This document shows, piece by piece, positions 49,981-62,840 of a stretch of DNA of 64,000 nt (the first letter of the stretch is position 1; each line of letters opens with the position of its first letter). This DNA comes from Lingula anatina (taxonomy: Eukaryota > Animalia > Brachiopoda). The stretch is from NCBI GenBank assembly GCA_051362555.1, contig CM120640.1, positions 69,604,788-69,668,787 on the forward strand, given 5' to 3'. The notes under the pieces were generated by a model, which saw only the letters and a program-made list of their open reading frames with translations, did no database searches and was not told where the DNA came from. A program made the position numbers and the translations under genes.

Positions 49981-51035
49981 GGTTCTACTTAATGTCCGTA
50001 TGATTTGCCCTTTTGCCAACATCGGTTATCTCTCATACCTTAATCAGAGGCGGGAACACCCCCTTGGCACTCAAGGAAGCGTGTCACAGACCGCTTACTA
50101 CAAACGCCATCTACCATATGTATTCAACCGAAAACTAAAAAAAATGAGACTAAAAACCCGGTTCCCTTAAATTTTCAATGAAAAATTTTTAATGACGCTG
50201 TAAATGTCGGGTTAATAATACATAAGAATCTTACATAAAGCGCACCTGTTGGTGCTTAGTATAACACAACTAAAGAACCTTTACGTATATGTACTAGTAA
50301 CTGTGTACATTGGCGAAATGCAACGTATGTGGCCTAGTTCACACAGATATCAGCGCTCTTCCTATGTGTCTAAGGCAATGAAACGTGTCCGGTAAGTGCA
50401 TTTGCCATTATGGTGTGAGGAAACACATGAAAGTTTAAATCAGCAAGTATCCTCCAAAGTTAAGAAACATCATGTCAATTTAAAAGGAAACTGTAGTTCC
50501 CACTTCGGGATACATGCAGGGCGCATTTCAACGTATTTTCCTTATTTGGGATTAAACACTTTGTGTATCAAACGTTCTAGTTGAGTTGGTAAAATCATCG
50601 TTTCAAACATGAACGACGTCACATGAGTTGCCGTGGATCACGCGGTCAATAGACGTGTCTTCCACTGCATGCTCAGATAACGTATGTTCGGGTGGCGTGT
50701 ATTTGTCAGGGGAAGATACCGGAGAACTAATAGGTTACCGCAAACAAAAGATAATCTTACACGATGCTTGTATAGTGTATGTTATATTTCATACATAGTT
50801 CTCATGAAATACGTACCAGGCATCTCTAAATTGCACGCACGATGACACATGCTTACACAATGACAAAGCTTCAAACTTTGAAATTATCTACTGCGAATGG
50901 TGATTGTAAATATAATATTTGTCAGATGCAATTAATAGTTCAGTAAACAAACCAATGCCGTTGATTCTAAGTAGATTAGATAACGTGATTGCTTTAGTTG
51001 CGTTGGATGGGAAGCAGTGACACCACAGACACAAT

Positions 51036-51255
51036 GGGACCATTCCCAAAGATATTTGGATCGATCTCCCTGTGGAGTCTCACTAAATTGCTGTCAACTT
51101 GACCGGCTTAAATGTCTGTCACGCCCATTAAAGCTGCTAGTGGTTAATTATCTTTACCCCCTAGCTGATTCGGTAGGCGTGACAGACATTTAAGCCGGTC
51201 AAGTTGACAGCAATTTAGTGAGACTCCCAAGGGAGTTAAGCATGGGAACCCAGTC
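51036..51255. mobile_element. Palindromic MITE related to the 53662/60550 family
   Basis: Inverted arms of about 52 bp (ggagtctcactaaattgctgtcaacttgaccggcttaaatgtctgtcacgcc at about 51074-51125, reverse complement at about 51176-51227). Flanked by aat/aat. Confidence 0.7.
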
Positions 51256-53661
51256 AATGACGTTAAGCAGGATGGTAGCTTTCCTAAAATGACAAACCTC
51301 TTTAGATGGAAACCAACCGAGAAGGCCTTTTATTTGGCACTGAGTGACGCCATATGAAAGTAGAGAACACATGATCCGCGTGAGGCGGGTTAACTTTTTT
51401 TACAACAAGGGTAAAACTCATGCACTGCAACGCATTTTGCAACCAAAGAAAATCGTGAAAACGCATTTTGCAACTGCAACGCATTTTGCAACCAGGATTT
51501 TTTCTAAGTCCCTGAAACAGTTTGAAGTACGAAACAGGTAGAATTTGAGTGGGGACGGGTTTGCTTCGACTAGGTACGCTGAGACTGGTCAGGTTGCCTC
51601 TGGGTACGGGGAAATATATAATCTATTTCTCATTGTAATTTCCTGAACCATTAGAGTTAGGAAGTTGAAACGTCAGGGAATAATAAAGATATCGTTAGGC
51701 ATGCACATGGGCACTTATAATTTATATGTAAATTGGGGGTGTGGCCGTCCCTAGGGGTGGTTGATTGTAATTTTTACATTGTTTTTTTCTGATTTCTTCC
51801 CTTATATCTTTAGGATTAGGAAATAAAAGCGTTGGGGATTAATACACTATCGTAAGAAATGTGCGTGGGCACTTCAGATTTTTTGTGACTTGGCGTGTGG
51901 TTGTCCCTGGGGGTGGTTGAGATCGTTAGAGATGTGCTTGGGCACATCGGAATTTTTGTGACTTGGGGAGACCATATAAGTCACTTTTTATGAATGTGCA
52001 TGGGTCTTTGAGGAATGTAGAGTTTGGAACACGAGTCTTTGGTGCATGGGTACAGGGGAATTTTAGTGTGACTTCGGGTGTGACTGTCCCTGAGGGGATG
52101 GGGTGATTAGTGGCATGTCAAACAATGCACTAATTCCACTGATTGCACTTAAGTGAGATCCCCTGCAGAGTTGGACCGACCCAGTTAGTAGGATGTGTGA
52201 ATCTAAAAACGGCCTTCGAGTTAAGAAGGAAGGAGGATGCAAAGAACGCAGCAGACAGCACTTAATAACAGACCTTCAGCCTTCGGCTCCTATCTTATAT
52301 GGTCTAAAGGTAGATAGCAGAAATTACAACGTCTACTTATATTCAACCACCCCCAGGACCACACCCCATTAAAAGAAAAAAAGAAATGCCCTTTAACATG
52401 CCAAACTTTAATAATAAAATATTAGTATCATGGATATTCAGAAAATGTGACTAGCAAAGGTCTTCAGGCCCATGGAACTTCAAAGTCACACCTTGAAAAT
52501 GCCAAAATGTAAACAAGACAGCACTGTTCTGAAATGTTTTTTTTTTCCATTTTTAAAATTTTTTATCATAAAACAAAATTAATAGTTTACTGCCATTTTT
52601 ATATGATCAACTAAGAAAATTGATGAGATGGGAAAAAATCAATACAACAGTGTTAAATGTCCAATTTCCTCCATTCTGAGATTCTGAACATAGTGAATGA
52701 TTGAATCTGACAAACTGCAATGACATGAGTTTATTTCCATTTTTGAAACTTTATTACACAATACACGATAACAAGCTTACCATCATTTTTACATAATCAA
52801 CTAACAATGTTGTAAAGATGCAGGAATTGTCAAACAAACACTTTTACGTATCTTAGTTAAATAATGAGGCTGTTAACATGCCTAATAATTGAATCTGAGG
52901 AAATGTGGAAAAAAAACAGCATAACTTCTAAAATAATGGCCCGATTATGCTGATTTTCGAACTCAACCTGCGTTTTAGTATATAGTTGCAAAAATGCGCA
53001 TTTCTATAATTCGAATTTTTCGTGAGGAATTCGATTCGGTATTGCGTTCACACACGCAAAGCGAAACCGAATCACACGTTGAAAATTTCAGGTTTAAGGC
53101 CGGTAATAGGGTTAACTACGCTTAAAATCATGTTTTTGAGTTTTTTTGTGTTTATATTAATCAAAAAAGTATCTAACGTTGGATGTAATAATTTTTATGA
53201 ATTTGTATCGCAAAAAGTGTCTTTTGATGAGTTTTTCAACCGGCACGCGCCCCAGTCAGGCTGACAACTAAGCCATGCCTCTCTTACTTAGGGCCGTTGC
53301 CATGAGGGGGGCGGAGCATAGTTAATGAGTTATAAGCCGATTACGTGTGCGGTAATAGGATTCTTTATTGATACACCTTCACAAATAAGGTACAATCAAA
53401 GACAAGACATCTAACTATGACAGTACAAACAAGTAAATGAATAAATATACATGACTTCAATGTTTACATGTAGGACAATACCAATAAGTTAGTTTAAAAA
53501 AAGATATATATATATAGGCCTATATATATGAAATGTATAATGATAATCTATAGGCGATGAATTAAATACACTGGGAAGAGTACAATGTATTAAGAGAGGA
53601 CCTGTTCTCTTTGTTGAAAGCATCTATTTACAAAACACATGACCATTCTAAGAATATCTAT

Positions 53662-53876
53662 GGCTGTATTCCCAGAGCTTTTAGATCGATCTATCCCCGC
53701 GGGGAGTCTCACTAGATTACTGTCAGATAATCCGGCTTAAATGTCCGTCCCGCCTACTACAAGCTGTAAGGGGGTAATTAACTTTCGTGTCCGCTCAGCT
53801 GACAGCTATTTAGCGTGAACCCCCAGGGAGTTAGGTCGATCTAAAGTAGATCGATCTAATCTCTGGAAATGGGGTC
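53662..53876 (+). mobile_element. PIF/Harbinger-like MITE of about 215 bp, copy 1
   Basis: Imperfect TIRs ggctgtattcccagag and ctctggaaatggggtc. A near-identical inverted copy lies at 60550-60763. Confidence 0.8.
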
Positions 53877-56294
53877 CATGTCCTGAGCACCCATAAGAAA
53901 ATTAAACAGTTCATTATTGCCGAGGTCGCCTAATAGGTCATAAGTCTTACATCAGCTTAGCAGCGAAGAAGTCTAGTACGCTATGGGGAAGAGAAAAGTT
54001 CGTGTTAAAAGTCCATTTCCAGAGGAAAGAAAGAAAATTTTGAAAGAGAGTAGGGCTATGCGCGGCGGTTGGGGAAAACCGGTATTTGTTCATTCGGATG
54101 ACTGATTTCTGTATACCTAATAAATGGGTGAAAGAGTCAATCGAATCGTCTAAATTAATTGACAAATGTATTTGTAAGAAAAATCGATAAATAAAAAAAA
54201 ACCGCTAAAAAGGATACTTGTAGCCTAGCTCTTAACTTTGGCGATATATATCGGCGAGCGATCTGCGACACGTTAAGAAACCGGAAATGATTGTTGGTCG
54301 CCGTTTGCAAAAGGTAAATCTAATGTTGACAAAATAAAATTTTATTCTCCAAGATATAATATCATGGAGCTTGAGAGACGCGCGAAAATTGTGATGTGAA
54401 TGGCCAAACGAGAGATATCCAAGCAAGGGTTGACAGCATGATTAAAACAATAACAATAAAAATAAAAACGCATGTTAGCGGCTTTGCATTTTGCGATGTT
54501 TGGAGAAAGACAATTTCAAAATCACTGATCAAGCGGGAAGAAAGAGTTGAAAATGTAGCCTATCCAAAAATGAAAATCACAAAAAGACCCCGAGAATAGT
54601 CAATAGCAGGTAAAAAGCAAATAGGGTCTAAGTGTCATGTGTGTAAAAATAAAATATTTCTAATTTGCAAGTCTGTTTGTAACTTGCATGATCGCCTATC
54701 TTTCATATCCAAAGCAACATAATGCCTTTAGGGGCCTATACATTTACATTTGTCTCCAAAAGAATACATAAGGCCCAACAGTAACGTGCAAGTTTATTTA
54801 AAACTAATAATAGATAACTAATAATAATAGAATATTTATGCTCCAGTTTTTTTTTTTTGTTTTTTTTTTAAATATTTTTTTTATGTAGGCCTATCACATT
54901 GATCTTCTCAAAAAAATTAATAATTTGCCCTCCCCCCACCCCCGAGTTCACAGTTACCGGGATAATCAGTTTAAACTACTACTGTCACCCATGCATCTGT
55001 CTTTTGATTCATCAAATTGGCAGCATAAATAAATTTATTTTGAGAGCTGAACGCTAGTAGGCTACTTCAAAGTTTGTCAGTGTTTTGTCGGAGAAAGACA
55101 GCAAGGAGAGCTATAGTAGACCTTTTTTTAAAAAATCAACCATTTGAACTTCATTATACAGCAAGTTTATTGGGAAGTGCAACAACAATAAAGGTATGTG
55201 TACAGTAAATCAGTCTTTTGATTTTTGTAATGCATATGGGAGTATAATTGGGGTTTCTGAGCAAAATGTTAGGCCTATCTATAGGCCTATTTCAGTGCAA
55301 AAGAGCTCCATGTTACATCTTTACACCTGGTTAAAATCACACACTATAAGCACCTAGCCATTGTTGCAGGAGTAGATTTTTTTTTTTTTTTAAACAACGT
55401 TTATTCAAAAGAATGAAGTGGAGGCAAGGCGCTGGAAGCATTATATGCTCTCCACAAAATTAAATAAGTAAATAAATAAAACAAATGAATAGGTAAGGAG
55501 TAGATAATGTTAAAAAAAACTGGTAGCCAAAGACTAAAGCATCAAGAATCCCATGTAATGATAATGTCTACTCATAAGCAGGGTAAAATTGTTCTTTCTT
55601 TCTTTTTTTTTCACTTCTGTGACGATGTAGTGTGTTAGTTGAGATTGTTTTGCATTGCTACCGGTGGATGTCTCTATGGGTAAAGTACAGTCCGGTGTGC
55701 ACGTTTGAATCTCTCCCGTGATTGGTAACTTAAAGGTGGGGCTGTTCACTGTATAATTGGTTCTGATTGGTAAACGTGTACTATCTGAACATGTATATAA
55801 GGTGTGACTTGAAATAAATCGGTCTCTTTTTTTGGGTCTTTTGGCTTTGATGCTGTTGTGTTCCTTGTGCTGTTTGTTGGCTCTTAACTTTGAGATACCA
55901 GTAAGTACATTGTTATTTGTACCTTCATAAGGCACTCGGCCTCGAAGGCGTAACACTTCTGATGTTATCTAGCTCAGGAAAATCCTAGCACCTCCAGGGA
56001 ACTTGTTTTATGTAAATACTTTAGTTGTAGCTTGAACTTGGCATTCCAATCTTGGTCTGGGTGACAGTCAAGTTTCATTGTGCTTCCTGTTATCAGAGTC
56101 CTGTCCAAAACTGCTAAATGTTCCCTATGGCAGAACTGATCTTATCATTTTACTCAAGGTTGGACAAAGCACCACCACAATGATTAATCAACAATGTCAC
56201 CACTGGTTTGACAGTCTACTTGAGCTCTTGGCTAGTTGGAATTTGATTGTTTCAATGAAGAGATAATTGGCATCTTTGAACTAGGTGCTCAGTA

Positions 56295-58629
56295 TCATGA
56301 CGTTGATAAAACCCCCTTTACACTGGACGGCGTCCTTTCTGCGTCCTTTGTGCGACCATGAAACTGGCCAGGACGCCGTCGGACGCTCAAAGAACGCACA
56401 GTGATCGCCAAGGTCGCACAAAGAACGTTCAAGCATCGCCGAGGACGCCATGGACGCCGCGAAGTTTTGAGCATGTTCAAAACAATCGCAGAGAGAACGC
56501 GATGTAGGATGGTCGCTCAATGGACGCAGAAAGGACGCACAGGCATCGCCGTAGTCGCAGAGAGAACGCACAAGCATCGCCGCGGTCGCAGAGAGGACCC
56601 ACAAGCATCGCCGCGGTCGTAGAAAGGAGGCACAAGCATCGTTTGGTTGCAGAATGAAAACTCAAAGATCGTCCAGTGTTCGACACGTAGAACGTTATTT
56701 TTTTTCACTCTCAAACGGGGCCGTGCTGAGGTATTTTTCACCAGACAGGAATTCTAAGGGTAACAGTGGTCTCATATCAGCCTCCGATTGTTTTTTCCCC
56801 TAAAATTCATGAAACGATCCATTTTTTGAGGTTATTATTAAACGAATATTTTGCCTTTTTTACAAGATTAATTGTCAGACCTTTTTGCAGAATGCTTCAT
56901 TTGAAAACGGATTCAAACATTTTATGTTGTGTCAGTCATACTTTCTCGTTTTCGGTCCCTGTCCATCTTTCTTATAAGGATAACAATGAGCATCTGGCTG
57001 ATTATCAGTCCATGCAGACCTTGCATCACTATAGTTTAAAGCGTTTATTCCCATTTATTTGTTTTGTGTGCTGGAAATGTTCTTTATTGGATGACCCGAT
57101 TAAAAGATGAGTTAGAATATAGAGAAGGACGCCCAAATAACGCTCATCGGTCAAGCAGGATGCAGAATGATCGTAGAATAGACGCCACTGATCGCCGATG
57201 AAGGTACAGAGAACACAGCAAGAATGTTCAATGGTCGCTCAGAAATCGCAATGGACGCATTGGGTTGCACAGGGGACGTACAGTGGAGGCAGGCAGGTTG
57301 CTCGCAGTTTTACAGGTAAAATCAAGATTCGGTCGTTCAAAGGACGCACTAGGGACGCAGACGACTTTACACTGAGACACGATTTAATTGCTTTGGCGAC
57401 CGTTGAGCGTCCTGACCACATTTTTGAACGCAGAAGGGACGCAGAAAGGACGCCGTCCAGTGTAAAGGGGCCCTAAGACAGCTTGGCAGAATTCCTCCAT
57501 GGAAACAGCATACCCAGTCTAAAAGAGGTGAAAAAAGACCATAGCTGTAGTACAAATTACATAATCAGCCTAGTAGGCATACAGAAAGACAAAAAAAGTT
57601 TTTTGACAGAGTTATAGTTTGTATATGTAGCTCCCACATATTTTTCGCTTCAGTATACTTCATCAGTATACTTCATCAGTATACTTCGGAGTAAATAAAG
57701 GACCATCCCAGTAAAGCACATTAGATGGAAAAATACAACGCCAACGTATTTTACTTTAAACCCTGTTTGTAATTGGATAAAGGTTTGTACACTTGCAATA
57801 AGATATGGTTTATCATTACCTGTCTAATTTCAGCTTTCACCTGGTTAGGTATGATTGCCCTGATGAAAGAAAGCACCTCTGCTGGAAAGCTGTAATGACA
57901 TCCGTCAGGTCCAGTTTCTTGCTTCTGTATAAAAAAAGAAAACATAAGTACAAAACATGAATGTAATAACCAAGTGATAAAAACTGAATAAAGTAAATTT
58001 CTAGTAATAATCTTATTTGACCTTCTAAAAATCGGACTCCGTAAATAAATAGCCCTACACTTTTACAAAATACTTTAACTATCACATTTTACACGTTTGT
58101 AATAAAAAGTGAAAACCAACATTTTTGTCTTAATGTTTTGCAAAGGAACTCCTACTGAAGATTGGTATATTGAAAAATCATGTTTTTATTTAACCTTCAA
58201 TGCCCTTGCCCAAGAGCTGTAGTGTATAAAACGAATTTTGATATGTGTTTTTCCTTTCATTTTTGCGGCTGTTACTGTAACATCTAAACCTTTTGTGAAC
58301 TCTTTCCCATCAAACCTAAAAAATAAAAGGAAGGTTTGTATAAATAGGACTGTACAACACACTTGGTACCTGAACACATCAGACTTATAAAATAATAACT
58401 TCATGTTGGCCTAAAGCACGATGAGTAATCTGGTATTAGACACAGTAAAATGCCGACGCAACTTTTACATGCTTCAAAAGAAATGAATAGATACTTTTTT
58501 TTACAATCAACACGTTCGTGGTTTCAAAACTCACCCAAACTCTGTCATTTTATTCAAAAGCCTTCTCTCATCCACTTTTACCGCTGATTCTTGTGCCGCT
58601 GAGCGTCTCCCCTTTATCTTAGCTGGCAT
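56295..58629 (-). CDS. Small (about 125 aa) uncharacterised protein; exons 58629-58535, 58315-58195, 57924-57820, 57518-57474, with the original last codons at 56306-56295 beyond the MITE
   Basis: Four exons splice in frame with GT-AG introns: MPAKIKGRRSAAQESAVKVDERRLLNKMTEFGFDGKEF...KIRFIHYSSWARALKKQETGPDGCHYSFPAEVLSFIRAIIPNQVKAEIRQTGYAVSMEEFCQAVL(STS*). Confidence 0.7.
56310..57473. mobile_element. PIF/Harbinger-type non-autonomous element (about 1.16 kb)
   Basis: TIRs cccctttacactggacggcgtcctttctgcgtcc and ggacgcagaaaggacgccgtccagtgtaaagggg. TAA target duplication at 56307-56309 and 57474-57476. Internal 31-bp tandem repeats at about 56543-56640. Confidence 0.9.
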
Positions 58630-58998
58630 TTCGAGAGATACCGCTCAGAAGTAATCACTGGATTTTTCCGTTGATCTGACGATTACCAAGTGCCGTGCAA
58701 AATAATCCTGCAGCGTTACCTGTCAAAAACTCGTATTAATACAAGTGAGGACCACTCGCTCTCGACAGACAGTTTCATCCGATCACTTTGCCGATAACAG
58801 AGAAGGAATCTCCCAGGTAAAATTACTCGATTGCCGAGGAAGACCCATTGAAACTTTCAACTGCAACTTCACCCCTCTTAATTGCGGTTAAAAGTAATCG
58901 CCTTTGTTAGCGCTTCCTTCTACATATCCTTGACACCCTACTGGGCATCACTAGGCTGGGGCCCTCTTCAGTGCTGTCAATCAAAATTTAATTAAATT

Positions 58999-59953
58999 TA
59001 ATAATTTATTGAGCACTGAAATGTTTTTACATTTAGAGGCTCTCTAGCTACTATACATTATACATATAGAAAGATAGTAAGGATAGTAAGTAAATGAAAA
59101 AAAAATTACTTATATAATGTTACACAATATACATTCTCTTAATATGCAGGTGAGATGCATGAAATCATTTGTGCACTTCTAGTTAATTACGTTTTTTCAT
59201 AATTTTACTTACAAAATTCCCTACTGCAATTGCACTCTGTTCAGTGGGTGGGTTTAGAATGATGTCAAGCTGTTTGACCTCGTCTGTTAGACCTTGCAAG
59301 TTTACCTCTGGTATGCATTCAAACAGCAATTTCCTTTCAATTTTGTGATGGGCGCATTTTAGGAAAAAATGTATTTCATCTTCTACCTCATTACAATGGG
59401 GGCATTTTCGGTCTGAAAGTTGTGTTTTTGGGTTTGTATGCCGCCCTTTTTCAATTTCTAGGTCATGGTCACTAATTCGCATTTTTGCCAAAAGTTTTTT
59501 GTGGGTGCGTGAAATATTCATTTTTAAGTATGGTTCGGGTTTATATTGATGTTTAATTTTCCTGTATGTCCTCAGCTTATTATTTTCCTCTCTGTGTAAC
59601 TCTTCCCAAAAATCTGATTTTATTTTGAGGGTTATGTCACTTTCTAGATTTTGGTTATTGTGAGTTTTATTGACAGTTAGGGTTGAATTTGAGTGATTTA
59701 ATCCCCAAAATGTAGCCAAGTTTGACATTGCCCAAAACCAGTTTTTTTCCCTTTTTGCTTGTTCTCTATTGTATGCTTGCTTGACAATTCTTTGCTCTGG
59801 AAGGTTATTTGACTGTATCTTGACTGTATCTTGATACTAATTTGACAATGTCCAAGTATAATGGGAGGCGCCCAAGTTCTGCAGGCATTATTGCTAGCTG
59901 ACCTTCTAAATGTATTTGTTCAAAGGGCATTTTGTTTATTTTATTTAATGATA
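58999..59953 (-). mobile_element. Second, 5'-truncated copy of the RTEX-like LINE at 3468-5623
   Basis: ORF 59183-59728 differs from the corresponding part of ORF 3669-4445 at only a few residues. It has the same 3'UTR and AATAAA-ATT tail. Confidence 0.92.
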
Positions 59954-60549
59954 ATTTAATGATAAGCGGCACGCTTACAAGTCTAAACCGAGATCGGAAA
60001 ATGTGACAAAAGCACGATTTTCTGTCCTTTCAAAGCACCCAAACAAAATATTTTTAGATGACAATGAGCAATGGTTCCATCTGATCGTATAACCGATAAC
60101 GGGTAAATTTGCCAGCTAAGCATTTGACTAATAAGCTCTGTTAACCAACCTGTGAACGTTTTTGGCTGTTTTAACAGCTTTCTATATTGACGAGATAAGT
60201 GAATCGCTGTCAAGTATATCTCACTATCTGAGCAACCGATCGTTACAAAAGTTTCACTAATTGTTGTTGGGAATGTGGACTACAGCCTGATATCAGGGGT
60301 TTTAGAGGAAATTGTTTGTTTGAAAGTTATCGTCTTTTGAAGTGAATTACCCATTGAAATAAACGTAAGAGATGATAAAATCAAAAGTAAATAGTTTAAG
60401 ACAATTCCCTGGTACCCGATTGAAGTGCTTGCATCCAGCTTTATGAGGCCGTTTGAAGCTGTCTTGGTTATAGAGAAAATCCCAACTCCGAAAACGGCAT
60501 TTTTGCACCAAATTGGCGCTATAGCTTCATCCGTTGGATACTGCACTTA

Positions 60550-60763
60550 GACCCCATTTCCAGAGATTAGATCGGTCTACTTTAGATCGACCTAACTCCC
60601 TGGGGGTTCACGCTAAATAGCTGTCAGCCGAGCGGACACGAAAGTTAATTACCCCTTACAGCTTGTAGTAGGCGGGACGGACATTTAAGCCGGATTATAT
60701 GACAGTAATCTAGTGAGACTCCCCTCGGGGATAGATCGATCTAAAAGCTCTGGGAATACAGCC
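60550..60763 (-). mobile_element. PIF/Harbinger-like MITE of about 215 bp, copy 2
   Basis: Reverse complement of 53662-53876, with a TTA target duplication (60547-60549 and 60764-60766). Confidence 0.85.
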
Positions 60764-61570
60764 TTAATCTCTGTCTTTAATTGGCTTTTGGGAAGTATGT
60801 TTTAATTTTTTTATACTCGTTTTACTTTTACCGGCCTGAACTTCCTGTTTTGAACACTCGCGCATGCGCCGCACAGGAAGTCTTAAAATACCAACAAAAA
60901 TTTGTGACGACAAATGCAACTCAAAAGACATTCCAGCATTCTTGAGAAGTATAAGATGGCAAAATAAGTTTATGTTTCCTCATGTTGTAGTGAGTGGTGA
61001 CCTCCAAATACGTTTGGTGTAATCGCTAAAGTAATAAACAGGCGTTCATAGATAACCGCACTTATCTGCACACATGCGCAGTAAGATCTGTACAGGTGTC
61101 GATTCCAATAAGTTATTCGAATCGCGCTTAGAAATCCACCTCGCTTGGAGGATTTTGAAAATTCGCATTACAGAAATCATCTTGCGTTCACACTACTGCA
61201 TTTATTCGAATTGTGACCCAATTCGCAACTTATCCGGATAACTGAGCGTAGTGTGAATGGGGTATCAAGATCTTGACCGCTCCTGTAACTCAACGGTTAG
61301 CTTAGGCCCTACATAAATTCCTACATGAACATAGCAACACATATCTATGTAACATATCTATATCTATGAGGCCTACATGACTATACTGGTGTAACATGAG
61401 CACTTTTGTCATATGACAACTACAGAATTAGTCAGACAGTGGCGATTTTCCTGTTAACGTGCAACTTCTTCTAAGAAGAGCAATGAGATAATTACGTCAC
61501 TAAAATTCCCTAACTTAAGTTAGGGCCTACGCGTCATAACGGAAACACACACAGACCGCGATGCACTTCC

Positions 61571-61631
61571 ATTGGATGGCTGTTGTTGAGGGCAACAGCG
61601 GGTATAAAAAGCCCAGTGCAAGGAAAGTCCT
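61571..61631 (+). promoter_or_regulatory. Core promoter: inverted CCAAT, TATA box and kB-like site
   Basis: ATTGG at 61571, TATAAAA at 61603-61609 and GGAAAGTCC at 61622-61630, upstream of the ATG at 61679. Confidence 0.6.
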
Positions 61632-61678
61632 CAGGGAGTGCCAATTAAGCAGAAGATTTCATTTAACATCTTGACAGG

Positions 61679-61739
61679 ATGGCAAAGTTTTCCATTGTTG
61701 CTATTTTGCTCGTTGTTTGCTGGGCTTCTATCGATACAA
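61679..61739 (+). CDS. First (signal peptide) exon of a secreted-protein gene; downstream exons not found in the window
   Basis: MAKFSIVAILLVVCWASIDT is followed by a phase-1 donor gtaagt at 61740. A TATA box lies 76 bp upstream of the ATG. Confidence 0.7.
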
Positions 61740-61750
61740 GTAAGTTTTAT

Positions 61751-62840
61751 ATTCAATTCAATTCAATTCAATTCAATTTATTTCTGTACTGGTACATAGA
61801 TTGCCATGACCTTGTACTATATGATATACTAATGACGATTTCCATACAATTAGTGCATTACCATTTCTCTAGTTGGTATTATGTTGGCTAGCCATTTATG
61901 AATGAAAAAATAATCTTTATATAATGAACATACATACTAGTAAAATTACTCGTAAAATATTCTACCTAAGCAATGAGATAAACTTTGGTGTTATTATAAA
62001 TTTACCATAAACATACTATAAGCATGTTACACAAAAGGATATGTTTAAACTTAAAACCACAGTTACATAGCTGTTTACATGGCTGTTTAAAGTCAGTTTG
62101 ATGACATAGATAATTACGATTAATGACAATTACATAAGACAGATAAGTAAATAAATTACACAGATATAAATATTTTGCCATGTTCAGTCCCACTGCCGAG
62201 TCACTTCTCACAACAGTGGGACCATACACTGACATTTTAAGGGATATGCTTAGAGTTACGAAGCAGAGCAACCGCTTCACTTCTTTTCTTGAACGATTTG
62301 ATTATAAAGTTGGAGAGGGACACTAAAGTATCTTTGTTGGCACTGTTAAATACATGGCATAATTGACTGTCTGGTGACCTTGTATCAGCTTTTAGGATTG
62401 AGGTTTTACTAAAAAAGGTGACTCGGTCTGCTTTGTACATTGGGCATTGGAATATAAAATGGTATTCATCTTCAATTACCCCTTGGGTGCACAGGCCACA
62501 GATTCTGTCGCACCTTTCAGTTTTCGGCCTGGTGTGCCGCCCAGTTTCGATGTGGAGTTTATGGTATGACGTAGTTTAGCAAGGGTTGACAAGGTGTCGT
62601 AATTTGTTATTTTATCAACATAAGTTGCCCTTTCACACTTTTGGTTAAGTATACGGAAGAGAGACAATTTACTGTTGGCTTGAAGTTTGCTATTGCATAT
62701 TTGGGTAAAGTGGTCAGTTTGTCTTTGTTTGAAGATTGTGGTGAAGTTTTTTTTAGGTGACTGGCCAAGCCACACATCTCCAAGGCCAAATGTGAAAAGG
62801 ATTTTTCGGATCCCCTCAGACCATGACATACATACTGACA
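61751..62840 (-). mobile_element. Degenerate RTEX-like LINE 3' fragment from a different family
   Basis: SW...IRKIL..FGLGDVW..FKQR..NSKLSLFR..LAKLR, then after a frameshift RICGLCTQGVIEDEYHFIFQCPMY. AATAAA plus an (ATTGA)n tail lie at 61751-61780. Confidence 0.8.

Noticed and set aside
51600-52110. Degenerate tandem repeats of about 170 bp (gggcac...gtgacttgg...gtccctgggggtgg)
   Set aside because: Probably a decayed satellite-bearing element, but its ends could not be defined by eye.
55376-55960. 140-aa minus-strand ORF upstream of AATAAA and a poly(A)-like tract
   Set aside because: It could be a retroposed fragment or the 3' end of the mini-gene transcript, but I see no recognisable domain or TSD, so it was not called.
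56281-57555. Cluster of overlapping Arg/Cys-rich ORFs
   Set aside because: They arise from GC-rich 31-bp tandem repeats and TIRs within the Harbinger-type MITE, and no transposase motifs are present.
59983-60546. Two consecutive in-frame minus-strand ORFs separated by one stop
   Set aside because: No recognisable motif, authentic ATG or splice signals. Possibly a decayed coding relic, but not supportable.
53662-60763. Composite 7-kb transposon bounded by 215-bp inverted repeats and carrying the mini-gene
   Set aside because: Each repeat has its own TIRs and copy 2 has its own TTA duplication. The outer flanks (tat versus tta) do not match, so two independent MITE insertions are simpler.
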